A stretch of 63,902 nucleotides of DNA, counting the filler, from Choristocarpus tenellus KU-1152 (Eukaryota; Protista; Phaeophyceae), in the NCBI GenBank assembly GCA_964200185.2. It is 11 parts of 11 records of this genome, joined end to end, with 100 filler letters (N's around TTAATTAATTAA, not from the genome) between each part and the next. Parts side by side here need not be neighbours in the genome. Positions count along the whole stretch, not along the records: positions 23,059 to 29,657 come from CAXNAD020007787.1; positions 29,758 to 35,207 come from CAXNAD020010734.1; positions 35,308 to 39,103 come from CAXNAD020017872.1; 8 more parts are not named here. One strand, written 5' to 3'. Below are positions 23,239 through 35,329 of the stretch, piece by piece (position 1 is the first letter of the stretch; each line of letters begins with the position of its first letter). The notes under the pieces were generated by a model that searched no databases, had not been told where the DNA came from, and was given only the letters and a program-made list of their open reading frames with translations. Made by a program: the position numbers and the translations under genes.

Positions 23239-24297
23239 CTGGTGCAATCTGTGATGTCTTACGTACTATGCCTCCTCACTACTTTTGACTGAACTATCTA
23301 CCCCCATACAACACTTCTTCCATTTCTGCTTGTCACGGCCATTCTTTCCCTGCTTCTTGTACCTCTGCATCTCCCTTCCCATTATCTGTTGCCCTCCAGG
23401 ATGTGGCATACCCTTCTTGGGGAATTTCTGAATAGTTGTGATGAGTGCTTGGATAGTTCGATGGCAAAGACAAAAGGTCAACACCAGGTGGGGCAAGCTG
23501 TCTAGGTCATGGTAGTGCTGCTGTAATGGGGGTTGGTGTGCGAGTTTAGTCCAATATAGAGCATATCAATATCATACGGTGTGTTTGGTCTATGACAAGT
23601 GTGTCCTAACATCAATTATCTTTGGATGGTATGACACGTAGTTGTCCCATACCTTCCTCCCTTGACACGCATACCTGTTTGGCCTGCACATATTTCAGGG
23701 GCACCTTCAGTATCCCACTAGATGCAGTGTGAGGGGGGCGCATGATGTGAGACTAGTTGGGGCCTCCCTTCAGTTCCGATCCCCAATTAGTGCGGATGAG
23801 AGAAGACTTGGCAAGTACAGTTCCAGGGAGTCGACATTGCTGAAGATGGCAGAGTCAAAACATGTTACAAGGGATTATGGCACAGTGGTGGAACCGGTAC
23901 GTTCAGTCTGGCAAGGTGCACGCATCTTGCTAGGGTGTTGTGCACTTAACAGCAACAGCACAAAGAACAATCCCCATCTTTCACAATGTACACGTTCATA
24001 GATACCACTCAGTAGTAGTTAGTGAACAAAGCACTGTAAATTACACACAAATAACAGTGTTATGGACTAGGTGGCCGCAGAAGAATATGCAATTTAGAAT
24101 CTTGGTTCTATGTTGCAAACCATAAGAATGGAAAGATGCCTCTCCGGTGCTGATTATCACAATACACATTTTCTATCTTCAACAGAAATCGAACCACATT
24201 ATGTAGGTATACAGGTTCAATAGATAGAGGATGGCTGCAATATGCGCTAATTTTTAGGTGTTCTGAAATCACTATCTTTGCTGGTGGACTATGTAAA

Positions 24298-24556
24298 GAG
24301 CCAAAGTATCTTGGAGGGTAGACCCGCGTCCGTTTGGCGACCAAAATACAATGTTGAAATTTTTATGCAATTTTGGCTATCGTGTTTGTTAGGAAGCGTC
24401 AATATCCTTGTTCCAGACACACCTTTTCATAAAATTAACATTTTACCTACGTCGAAACATTTCGGAGTAGGTAAATTGTCATAAAGAACCTGTGGGAAGA
24501 CACGCCCCAAATGGACAAACAGGGCAAAATTCCTACCCTCTGAGATACTTTCACTC
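24298..24556 (+). mobile_element. MITE family 1, complete 259-bp copy with 4-bp TSD TAAA (Sola-like termini)
   Basis: TAAA|GAGCCAAAGTATCTTGGAGGGTA...TACCCTCTGAGATACTTTCACTC|TAAA. Confidence 0.9.
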
Positions 24557-27018
24557 TAAATAAATAATTAAGTACTCTAGAACTTGATATATGATGTAAT
24601 AGTACAAAGTACACCTGAGGAAGCATCCAATGTACATAGTATTGAATACTCTGGAGTAGCTCTTATTTCAGGGTGGTTAAGGACAGTGAACTTTATCCTG
24701 ACAGCGATATCTAAAGCATGTTCAGAATTGTGAATGACTCATGTCTAGTACTCGGTAAAATTCTACTGAAGTATCTTGGAAGAGTAGACCAACAAAAACG
24801 AAGAAGTAACCTAGGACAGGGGTTGTGGCCCTGATCCTATCCCCAGCATTATGCGCCCTCTTTTCTTTTTTGAAACAACTTTCGATTTTCGCAGGGCATC
24901 TAGGTCTCTACTTCAATACAGAGTCAAAGCAAACAAGAGGTGCCCAGGCTTTGGCCGTTTTTCATTTTAAGGTAGTTTTCAATCTGTTGCAATTCGCACA
25001 CATTCCTAAGGATTAAATGCTAATTTCGACTTTGAGAGCGTTTATTTCTCTATTGTTTGACACGCTTCGACAGAATTCAGAAAATTTACTACATGTATTT
25101 GTAAATTACCCCGATTTTGGATGTATTTGTCAGCATCGTTAATATGCAACTCTGGCTCCCTCTCACTTCCTTTGACTCACACTGTGTCAATGCCCAAATC
25201 TTGATCTACCTCCTAGCACATTTGATGTATAGACCAAATCTAGAGCGGTCAAATCTTCAAGTGTGAGAGAGCAGAGGACTCCTCTGAATCAAGGACCTCC
25301 AGTAATATATAGGTGCATGTATTCCATGTCGTCAGGAAATGTTGATTCAACAATTTTTGATAGCTTTGATGGTTGATATGAAAAATGCTCTCCTTTGCAC
25401 CTAGTCTGTTCATATTGCTTCAGTCCTGATTGGAAAAGACTAAATTGAAAGAACCAAAAGTCATCACTATGTGCCTCGACACTGTACACGTTACGTCTCA
25501 ACCAAAAAGATCTACCCTCTCTTCCTCCTCTTCAAATGCACACAGTTAGGTGAACAGGAGGGACATGGGAAAACTCGTGAGGATGAAGCCCAGAACAGGC
25601 CACAGGTGCATAGATACGGCATGTCTAGCCCTTGGGTTCCTGTCACATGATCAACAGAGGATGTGACAGTGGCAATATAGGTTGCCGAACACTGTCAAGT
25701 TGAAGTGTGCCCATCCATCAATGACACACATCCTCGTATTTGGTGTGTAACTGACAATCCCACTCCCTGAGACTTGGTCCACTTTATGATCCCCCCATGG
25801 CTTGGTGACTGAAAAACATTTTTTTTAACATTCAACAACAGGGGACACGATTTCGATGGTGGAAGTGGTTGAGCGATTTGATGGCCAACACAGTGGTTCA
25901 GAGGGGCACTACAGGCCAAGGGTGCAATGTGACTCCCCACGTGCCAATGGTGTTACAGGGGAGGAGGGAGGCGGTCGGGGAAAGTAGTGAAGAAAAATTC
26001 AAGCCCAACTGCATTTCTATCACTACGACGTCGCTTGTACATGAAGATGGTCAGGGGAATGAGAGCTTCGTGGAGACGCACTGCGGTGGAGTGGCTAATG
26101 CCCAAAGAAATGGAATTGGGGAGGGTTGGAGGTCAGAGCATTTATGCCCAAGGAGTCAGGAAGAACTAGATGCATACCCAACGAGTCAAGAAGTGCTAGA
26201 GGTGGAGAGATTGATTGGGGTGCGGACGGCCAAACATCAGCAGGAGCATGAAAATTGCAGCAAGATGGTATGAGGGCATAATGGGGCCAAGGGGTTGTTC
26301 TGAAGGCTAACTGATTTTGTATCAGATATCGAGAGGATGAAGGGTTGAAGTGATAGAGAGTAGATTTTGATGCAAAGCACCTCTTAGTCCTATGCTGATG
26401 TAGCAAAGTTCTTTCCATCATTCGTCACAATTTCGCATCTATTTGTGGGAGTATATACTTGCATAGAAGAAAGCAAACTTTTGGACTTTCTCATCGTGTG
26501 CGTGTGCGTTGGTGGTGTGTGGTTGGGTCATCCAAAGTGTGTTGCCTTGTAGAGTCCTATTTTGAGCTTTTCGAAATCTACATTTGCCTGCTGATGAGAG
26601 TGCCAGAAAAAATGCATGATAATGCGAGTTCTCATCCGTGGCGTGCAGGTGCAGTTGACATGTTACCCATCACTCACTCATTGATGCAGATATGACTCAG
26701 ATCTTGTTGTTTTATTTGGTGGGCCCTATGCAACAACAGATACTTGAGTTCAGAAGGCGTAAGAAGCTTAACAAGGTGGTGATTAGCTTCCTCATTCGCT
26801 GCAGCAGAGTAGGAGGGGAGTCTGCTTCAACCAAGATGATGACTGTTATGCGAAAGTGGAAAGATGTGGTTGAGATGGATAGGGTGAATGGCAGGGAGAT
26901 GGATAGAGAGACGGACAAAATGAATGGCAGGGAGATGGATAGGGAGATGAATAGGGAGACGGATGGGGTGAATGGCAGGGAGATGGAATTTTTAGGCTCG
27001 GCATTCTCAATGCTACAC

Positions 27019-27400
27019 ACCTCTCCCTCAGTATCAGGAACTGCCGAGTTGGATGCATCAATTGCTTCACCACCTCACTTCCGTTCCTCACTCAAGAGGA
27101 TGAACCAGGCAAACTCAGCCTTCTGGAGGCCGCTGTGTCAACCCCCTCCCTCAGGATCAGGAACTGCCGAGTTGGATGCATCAATGGCTTCACCACCTCA
27201 CCTCCGTTCCTCTTTCCAGAGGATGAACCAGGTAGACTCAGCCTTCTGGAGGTCGCTGTGTCAACCCCCTCCCTCAGGATCAGCAACCACCCAGTCGGAT
27301 GTATCAATTGCTTCACCACCTCAACTCCGTTCCTCTCTCCGTTCCTATCTCCAGAGAACAAGCCAGGCGAACTTAGTCTCCCAGAGGCCACTGCGTAAAT
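27019..27400 (+). repeat. Three tandem 123-bp (41-codon) repeats inside ORF 26692-27498
   Basis: Homologous TCAG(G/C)AAC positions at 27034, 27157 and 27280; the unit reads PPSGSGTAELDASMASPPHLRSSFQRMNQVDSAFWRSLCQP. Confidence 0.85.
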
Positions 27401-29590
27401 CTGAGCTCTTGGGGATGGCCCAGCCAGACTATGGCTACTCCATGTCCCGGTTCTGTTCTTCACTTCACAGAGCAGACCAGGGTTCCTGTGAGTTATAGAT
27501 GCCTCCCTGTCATTTTTCCCCCTTGGGGACAGAGAAATCAGATATATCTCCCCAGACATCACCGTATGGATCCAGCTACCTCCCAGAAAGGACTGAGACG
27601 GATTCCAAGAGCAACCTGTCATCAGGCTATTCTCCTCTTTGAGTCCCGGTGGGCCAACCAATCATCCCTCTGGAGAAGAGGCAGCTCCCCTGCCTCCTGA
27701 CCAATGACCTTTGGTGTTGATGAAGCCAGTGTTTCTCCAAAGGGGAAGAAGGAAGAAGTGGTTGTACTCCACAATGCCAATGGCAGGAGTCTTCCCTTAG
27801 GGTGGAGGAGAGGCGAAGGGTGTCAGGTAGAGGTAGGGGTAATCATGCTGTTGTTAGAAAAGGGTCTCGATGAGTTCAAATTTGATCATGTTATTATGAA
27901 TACACTGTCATGATGGTGATGTGCAGTGCCTGGTAGGTCCTAAGCGTGCTTCACGTATATTGGGTACTGACAGTTCATAGCTGCTCTTGGTTGTACCCGA
28001 GCAGAGGAGTTATTGGGAGGGTAGTAAACCAAGCAGGATCTGAATTGACCTCTCTTGCTCTTGGTTCCAATCCGGTGTTATTTGGTAGACCACTGTTTCT
28101 AGGAGTATACTGGAATTTTGTAAAATGAAAAAAGTGATGGTAACATTGTGTGATAGACTCTATTGCAAAGTCAGGTTGATAGGCAAAAGGATGGGTGAGA
28201 GATGAAAAAGGTATCATTCGTCACTCAGCCATTCTTTACTTGTGGATGGTTGACACTTGTTGGAAGGTGAAATACTTGTCATAAGTCAAGAAACAAGCAG
28301 GATCACGTTTTTTGCGGGTCTATTGTGCGTTCTTCTCAGAAGCAGTGTGAGTGAGACTTTACTAACGTTTGCCTGTTCCAAGTATTTTTTGCTCTCCACC
28401 TGTGCACATGTGTTGTGCAGGGGGGCGTTTGTGGTAGTGGGAGTATTTTGGTGTGAGTTTTGTTACTTCTTTTTCGGTTGTGGGCTTTGTGGTTGTGCCT
28501 TGTGCCTTGTGAGGGGGATTATTTTGTCATGGTGCTGCTGTCTTCGCCTTCCTCCCACTTAAGATGAGGCATTGGGGCCATAGAGGAGACCTTTAGCCAT
28601 GGCATGCAGTTTCAGAGTGAGTTTACAGTGTGTGATTCTGGAACTGGCCAACCTCGACTGTTAAACAGGATAGAATTTCGTTTCCTCAACCGCACTTGTG
28701 GTGGAGACAGTGCTTTGAAGTACATAATCATGATGTATACACACATGCTGCAACAGTGACAAACACCGATCAACAATAGTAGTAGAACTGACTCAAACAA
28801 GCTCGCTTGTGTTTAAAAGCATTTTTTTTACCTCGAGTTTTTTGAGCCAATTTCATCATAAGAAGGCTGATATCCAGACGTACGTATATTGTCCCCCATC
28901 TGAAAAAAAAAAAAAAATGAACTAAGAGACGAGGAATGTAATATTCATTCTTTTTCTCTCTCTGAAATGAATTGTCAGTTGAGATACTAGTTCGACCTCC
29001 TCTTCTTTCTTTGGGTAACATAGAGGGTCATCTCCCTGAGGATTGAAATTTGTAGAACCAGCAACTGGTATGGAGGGAAATTATCCAGGCCTTTGACCAG
29101 GGTGAGCACATCAACATGATTACCGTCCCATAGAAACATTTGGCAGCCCTGGACTGATCCATGCCCCAGGCCTTTCTCAAAAATCTCCAATGTCTCTGGA
29201 CCAGTCCTGTAATAAGTATTGGTCCTTGTCCGACCTTGTTGAGATCTCTGATGACCCCTGCACCGTCTATGTTGAAAAATATTGTACTGAGTACCAGACC
29301 ATGCCGTGGTCCTGCCCTGTTGAAGTATTTAACGGCTCTGACGTGGACCTGTTGAAAACATTGGTACAGGACCAACCCACAGACCGGATCGTGAAAGTGC
29401 TTTGAGGACCAGGTCTGGATCTATCAGAAAATAATGGAACAGCCAGGTCCATGGATTGATTGGATCATTTGTATCCCCTCAACCGGGTGCAAGGCCTTCT
29501 TCTTCTTGGGGATCACACATCACATTCCCCAAAACAACTCAAAACGGCCTATAAAAAGAATGTTGCACACTATGTACTCATGAACAAATA

Positions 29591-29657
29591 GAGTGAAACT
29601 ATCTTAGAGGGTACGAAATTTTCCCTGTTTGTCCATTTGTGGGGCTTGGCTTCCCAT
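29591..29657 (-). mobile_element. MITE family 1 end (contig edge)
   Basis: GAGTGAAACTATCTTAGAGGGTACGAAATTTTCCCTGTTTGTCCAT matches the start of the 37177 copy. Confidence 0.85.
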
Positions 29658-32600
29658 NNNNNNNNNNNNNNNNNNNNNNNNNNNNNNNNNNNNNNNNNNN
29701 NTTAATTAATTAANNNNNNNNNNNNNNNNNNNNNNNNNNNNNNNNNNNNNNNNNNNNTTTTGTCATACGTTTTTTTATTATTCTCTCTTTTTTTTTTGAG
29801 CCCCCCCCCCCCCCCCCCCCTAACATATCGTTCCAAGTATACATTTATATACTCAACATACTACAATTATCATTTACGCACATTTCACAAGGGCCAATAA
29901 AACAACAGGTCTGTCCCTCGCAACACCTGTTCTTAAAAAAATAAAAATACACATCATTCCTAACATACTTAAAAAATAAATATATATATATATATATTAT
30001 TATATTTTCACTTTATTCTACCGCTAAAAACGAAATTAAAAAATCACCTCTCTATCCCAAAGACACTGAAACTATCTATGTATCTAGACACATTCCCGTC
30101 CTAACCAAGAGCTCTGACTCTTGAATCGCTCATGTATGTATATACTGCATAAGCACTAAAAAAAAAATCCGCACCTCCGATGATACACTTATATCATCAC
30201 GGAGGCGTTTCTTCCTCGCAGCAGATGTCGATCAGGGTTTCAAGTGCACAGTCAGCTGCTGGATGATGCACCCCTTTAGAGTGCCTTCGGTGACCATGAG
30301 TGAGGCGTCGGAGCCAAAACAACCTCGAGTTCTCAGTTATTATCAGTTATTATCACCTCCCAGTGACGTTTAGGCGAGAATGCAAACCCAAACCCACAGC
30401 ACTTTTTTTTTCCTGAATGCACATTGATGACCACAGCCTAAATCAGGAGAGAAGTACATATTTTCCAGATCTCTTGAAAATGAAATGGGGCACCATGCTC
30501 TTGATTCCAAAATGCTCCTTTCTTCTAGTTCAAAGGCACCACTGATGTAAAACCGTGAGGTAAAACAGTGATGTAAAACAGTGATGTAAGATATGTAAGA
30601 TATTTGACCAGGTGATAGATAGCAAGAGATGGCGACTCTTCCAGCCGCGTTTTGAAACCGTAAATGACCTTTTGCAAAAGAACACGCCCCAAATCTATTG
30701 CAATGTCGTGTTCCATCCATTCAGATCCTCGGGGGCACCCAGGAGACAGGCAAGTCCACACCCCTCTTCTCACTATGCTTTCCTCCCCCCCCCCCCNNNN
30801 NNNNNCCTTTCCTCGCCTCCCGCGCCACCCGCGAGACCGGCCGGCCACCCCCCCTCTTCCCACCCCGCTCCCCCCCCCCCCCCCCCCCCCAACAAAAAAA
30901 ACAAAATGCTGTTCACACCACAGACTGATGTGTGTTGGAGCACTACTGGGCTGAGCACCACCGCTACCATACTGCTCCACCTGTTGCCTGCAGCCTGAGT
31001 TGCTTCAATGTTCAGCAAGTTTCCTCACAAGGGCCAGCCTGTCCAACACAAAGTGTCTGTTCACTGAGCCACTTTAGCGTTCATAGGGAAAGGGGGTGGG
31101 GGGATGTCAGGGACAAGTCCCATATGAGACACCACGAACAGTCAATATGAGAAGGCCTCCGTTTGCCATTGAGGCAGCTAAAGGGAGCAGTCAATGCCCC
31201 CCCCCCCACAAGATCCGTATCTGAACGAACAGGATAGCGCTGAAGGTTACCTAATGTTACAAATTTACTTCAGACTGAAGATTCGTTCCGTTCTGACTCA
31301 TCACAACGTGTCTCCTGTTGTCATCATCGAGGTGTTCCTTGACATCTGTTCCGTTGTGATTTAACTCAATGCAGACTGAGAAAAAGGTGGACGTGGGAGA
31401 GACACCATTGCTGACTCCTGCTCACTACGCTTGGTCCTGTCAATTTTCATTGCACACACCCCCTTCGCAGAGAGAACCTGCAAACCCTGATAATAGAATG
31501 ATGAACTTCAGAGAAAATTTCAAACGAAAAGACAGTATCACCTAAAAAAAAAAGAAGCGGATGGGTGATATCTGACTATTTCACCATGTACCAGACAATC
31601 GCCCTCAAAAGAGATGGACTGACAATTAGTGGGCTCCTGTTCCGCTGACATAAATCAATATACTTGGTGTTGTAGAAAATACTTCAAGTATGATGTAGTG
31701 TTAGGGCGGAGGCAAGAGATCGAAAAAAAAGTTTATACATCTCTACGCAATTTCTTCTTCTACGAACAGATAGATACTAACCGTAACAAAAAAATGTCAC
31801 ATACTAGCGTGTTTGCGCAAAATGAAATACACCATCTAAAAAGTCTTACACATCATTGTATGTCAACATGGTAGTTCTAATACTATATATGATGGGGTGA
31901 TACACAAGACCTCTTCTATAGTGAATTTTATTTCACGCAAATGTCCTAGTATCAAAATAATAAGATTGTCCAGTTTTCCAAAACTTGTCACGAAGTACTC
32001 GTAAATTTACACAAAAAGTTAAAATAAATTGGAGACCGTAACCAAATAGATAGGGGCGTCTTCTTGGGGTTAAGTTCTAAGCATCTCTATTTTGGGTCAG
32101 CTGTCAACGAAACGTTTTCCTCGCATGAATTTCGAGGGTTCGAACCCCGTTTGCGGCAGACCTTTTTTTATCCGTAGAAATCTGGTTTTCATGATTCAAA
32201 ATATTTGTAGCAAGCACTACGGATGAACCACCTTGTGTATGTATGGGATTAGTTATACCGTTACAAACAAACATAACAAAAGTGTAACATTTTGCCAAGG
32301 CCAAGTTTCTTAGCCAGTGAACTGCCAAAAAAAAAACCTTCTTCTGAAGAAATAGTAAGAGAAGGTAATGACAAAAATACTCCAGAAAACAAAAACATAC
32401 ACTACGATCTCTATCACGTTACTCTGAGGGATCCCAAACCCCTAGTGTAAAGGCACCAACCAAGAAGAGAAAGAAGGAATAATACACATAATTTACAGAA
32501 TAAAAAAAAAAGAGAGCAAAAAAATGAAGAAAAGAACAAGAGTACGATAAGAGTCGACGCAGCTCACAGGGGGAAGCCACAACCCATACACTACTCACTA

Positions 32601-33433
32601 CCATACAACACCTGAGACAGAACACCAACGATGTCACCGATACTGCTGAGGTCCTACAGGCCTTTCTTCCTCCTTGTACTATCTTTTTCCCTTCTTCACC
32701 CGCTACAAAATTATTTTTTCCTTCTATATAACTCTCTGTATTCATCAACCATTGCGCATTGCCTTCTTCTTCTACCTTTCAATCGCACACCTTCTTGGGA
32801 CCCCTCAAAACATAAAACAATATAAGAAACAATAACATTACATAAAGTAATAACAGAAAAAATAAAACTCAAGGTCAAACCCGATCCATCCATCCATCCA
32901 TACATCCATCCAAATACCACCAAACACACACCACAACAAAAAAAAACCAAAAACGATTTAACAACATCAAACAAAATTGTAAACAACTTGCACTGGACAG
33001 GAAACGCTTTATACCCCCTGCTGGTCGATGCTTCCAACCCACACAATGCCCTTTCACAACAAATAACAAAAAATATTCAGAACAAGCACTGAGATCCTTC
33101 CACACTGTTCCCCAAGAACTGCTGCTAATGAGTGCAACTAACTACCTCTCCATTCAATGAAGTAAGTACCTCCTTCAGCAAGGAGAAACCAGCATCCCAG
33201 TCAGAATTGGTTGGATTGTAGCGAAAAAAGAAAGGTAGTCGAACTAATACCATTACCACACAGCAGTCCAAAATTACTGTTGTAACTCATAAAAAAAAAG
33301 AAGATTCAGAGGGGATGAATCTCCCGGAGTGGACTTCAAACGCCTTTTAAACTAGAGACTAAAAAAAACAAGGCATCTGACCTGCTTTGTACGGGTTTAC
33401 ATCAACCTCCCAACAACTCTGTTGAAGTCCTTC

Positions 33434-33694
33434 AAAGCCATAATAACGATAATACATGTTAATACATCAACCATTGGATAATAATCTCCTAGTTAAAGCC
33501 ATTGTAACGATTCTACATGTTAATACATCAACCATTGGATAATAATCTCCTAGGTAAAACCATAATAACGATACTACATGTTAATACATCAACCATTGGA
33601 CAACAATCTCCTAGTCAAAGCCATAATAACGATACTACATGTTAATACATCAACCATTGGATAATAATCTCCTAGTCAAAACCATAATAACGAT
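33434..33694. repeat. 61-bp minisatellite, about 4.3 copies
   Basis: Units start at 33434, 33495, 33556, 33617 and 33678 (AAAGCCATAATAACGATACTACATGTTAATACATCAACCATTGGATAATAATCTCCTAGT). Confidence 0.92.
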
Positions 33695-34734
33695 CAAGCC
33701 TTAAAAGTCAAGATTTTTAAAAAAATACCACAGAGCATTATGTGAAAGGAGAGGAGAAATAAAGGCTACACAGGTGAACATATATACAGGTCATCGTCAC
33801 CTCAAGGACTGCACCATAAAAGCTCTTTAACGGCACCTCTACTTTGATGCCCTACTAGTATGGATTCCAGATTTTAATTATTATTACTATTACTATTATT
33901 ATTGGTACTATAATTATTATTTTTATTTTTTGGGGTACTACAGTACTTCTCCATTCTTACCTCAACACTTCAGGGTTACGGCTAATGAAGAACTATACAA
34001 TATATAGATATACAAAAAAAGTCATAGGTTTTTAGTGTTAATCTCAACACCATTCAGAACAGTAAAATATAAAAATCAATAGGGTATTCCTATTAATTCA
34101 CTTTATTTTATTTTGAAATCTCAACGCACGTTCCGTGTAACATAATGCTCCATCGGAGAATCCAGTGTCTCCTAGAGGAACTCCTTTGAAGCATGCGACA
34201 CGATCTCTTTTTTGTTGTTTTTTATTTTTGAAAATAAATATATATATATATATATATATATATTGACAGTTCCCCAATTACCGAAAAAGTTGTTGAGGAC
34301 GAGTCACTACATCAAAACCAAAACAAAAAAAAACAATGATTTTGAAATGGAAATGGACACTTTCCCCACTACTAGTAGAATGAGGTTGACAGTCGTCACC
34401 TCACTCATTTTTATTTTATTTTAAAGTATGCGACAAAAGAAAAAAGCATTTGGTCATTGAAAAAAAAAAAAACGAAATTAAGAATTTCCTACTCTTACAA
34501 AAAACAAAATCACACTTCATCCGCTACTATCTCAAGGTACATAATAATTATTTTTTCTACACAAAAGAACAAAACAAAACAAAACAAAACAAGGAATCGA
34601 GCGCATTTCGCACCTCTCCCACGGTGGGGAAAAAGCGAACAATTTCTCGATCAGTAAGAAAAAGAAAAAGAAACACCATTGCGTCGTCGTATCGCACTTG
34701 TCCAAAGTACATTCATTTTGAAAAAATAAATAAA

Positions 34735-34770
<36 letters not shown>

Positions 34771-34916
34771 ACACGCGCGCCCATCTCTGCTCACCCTCCA
34801 TCAAAAAAAAAAATCTACCCACAAAAAATTCTAACAGAAGCATCCAAACCTATCGACCGTATCCCAAAACCCCCTTTCAAAACTGCCATTCTCTTCCTCT
34901 GCCGTCCACTCCTCAC

Positions 34917-35033
34917 CTGCATTGACTGTATCTCCTGTGAAAGAGCCGCTAGGTCGTGCTCCACCAGAACCAGCTGTCGATGATAACTCTCCAGAAGGAG
35001 TTCCACAACCGAGTGGCGATCAGGATCAATTTC
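34917..35033 (-). CDS. Exon of an MRS2/CorA-like magnesium transporter
   Basis: 117-nt exon (TAG|GAA...CAG|GTGAGG) encoding EIDPDRHSVVELLLESYHRQLVLVEHDLAALSQEIQSMQ, matching the MRS2 ELLLE(S/A)Y stalk helix. Confidence 0.6.
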
Positions 35034-35329
35034 CTACACGCCCGTTACCATCGAAAACCATTCAAACCATTGTATACAGATCAGATCGTACACGTTATTA
35101 TACAAAAAAAAAAGTCATTTGTTTGAAAAATACGGGAGGGACAAGGCAGGCAGGAACAAATATAAAATGAGTATGATGATAGAAATATTCATCCGTACAT
35201 AGGGGGGNNNNNNNNNNNNNNNNNNNNNNNNNNNNNNNNNNNNNNNNNNNNTTAATTAATTAANNNNNNNNNNNNNNNNNNNNNNNNNNNNNNNNNNNNN
35301 NNNNNNNCCCCTCCCAGATACTTTGGGTC

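Noticed and set aside
33434-33694. CRISPR-like array
   Set aside because: The units are contiguous with no unique spacers, there are no cas genes, and the context is eukaryotic.
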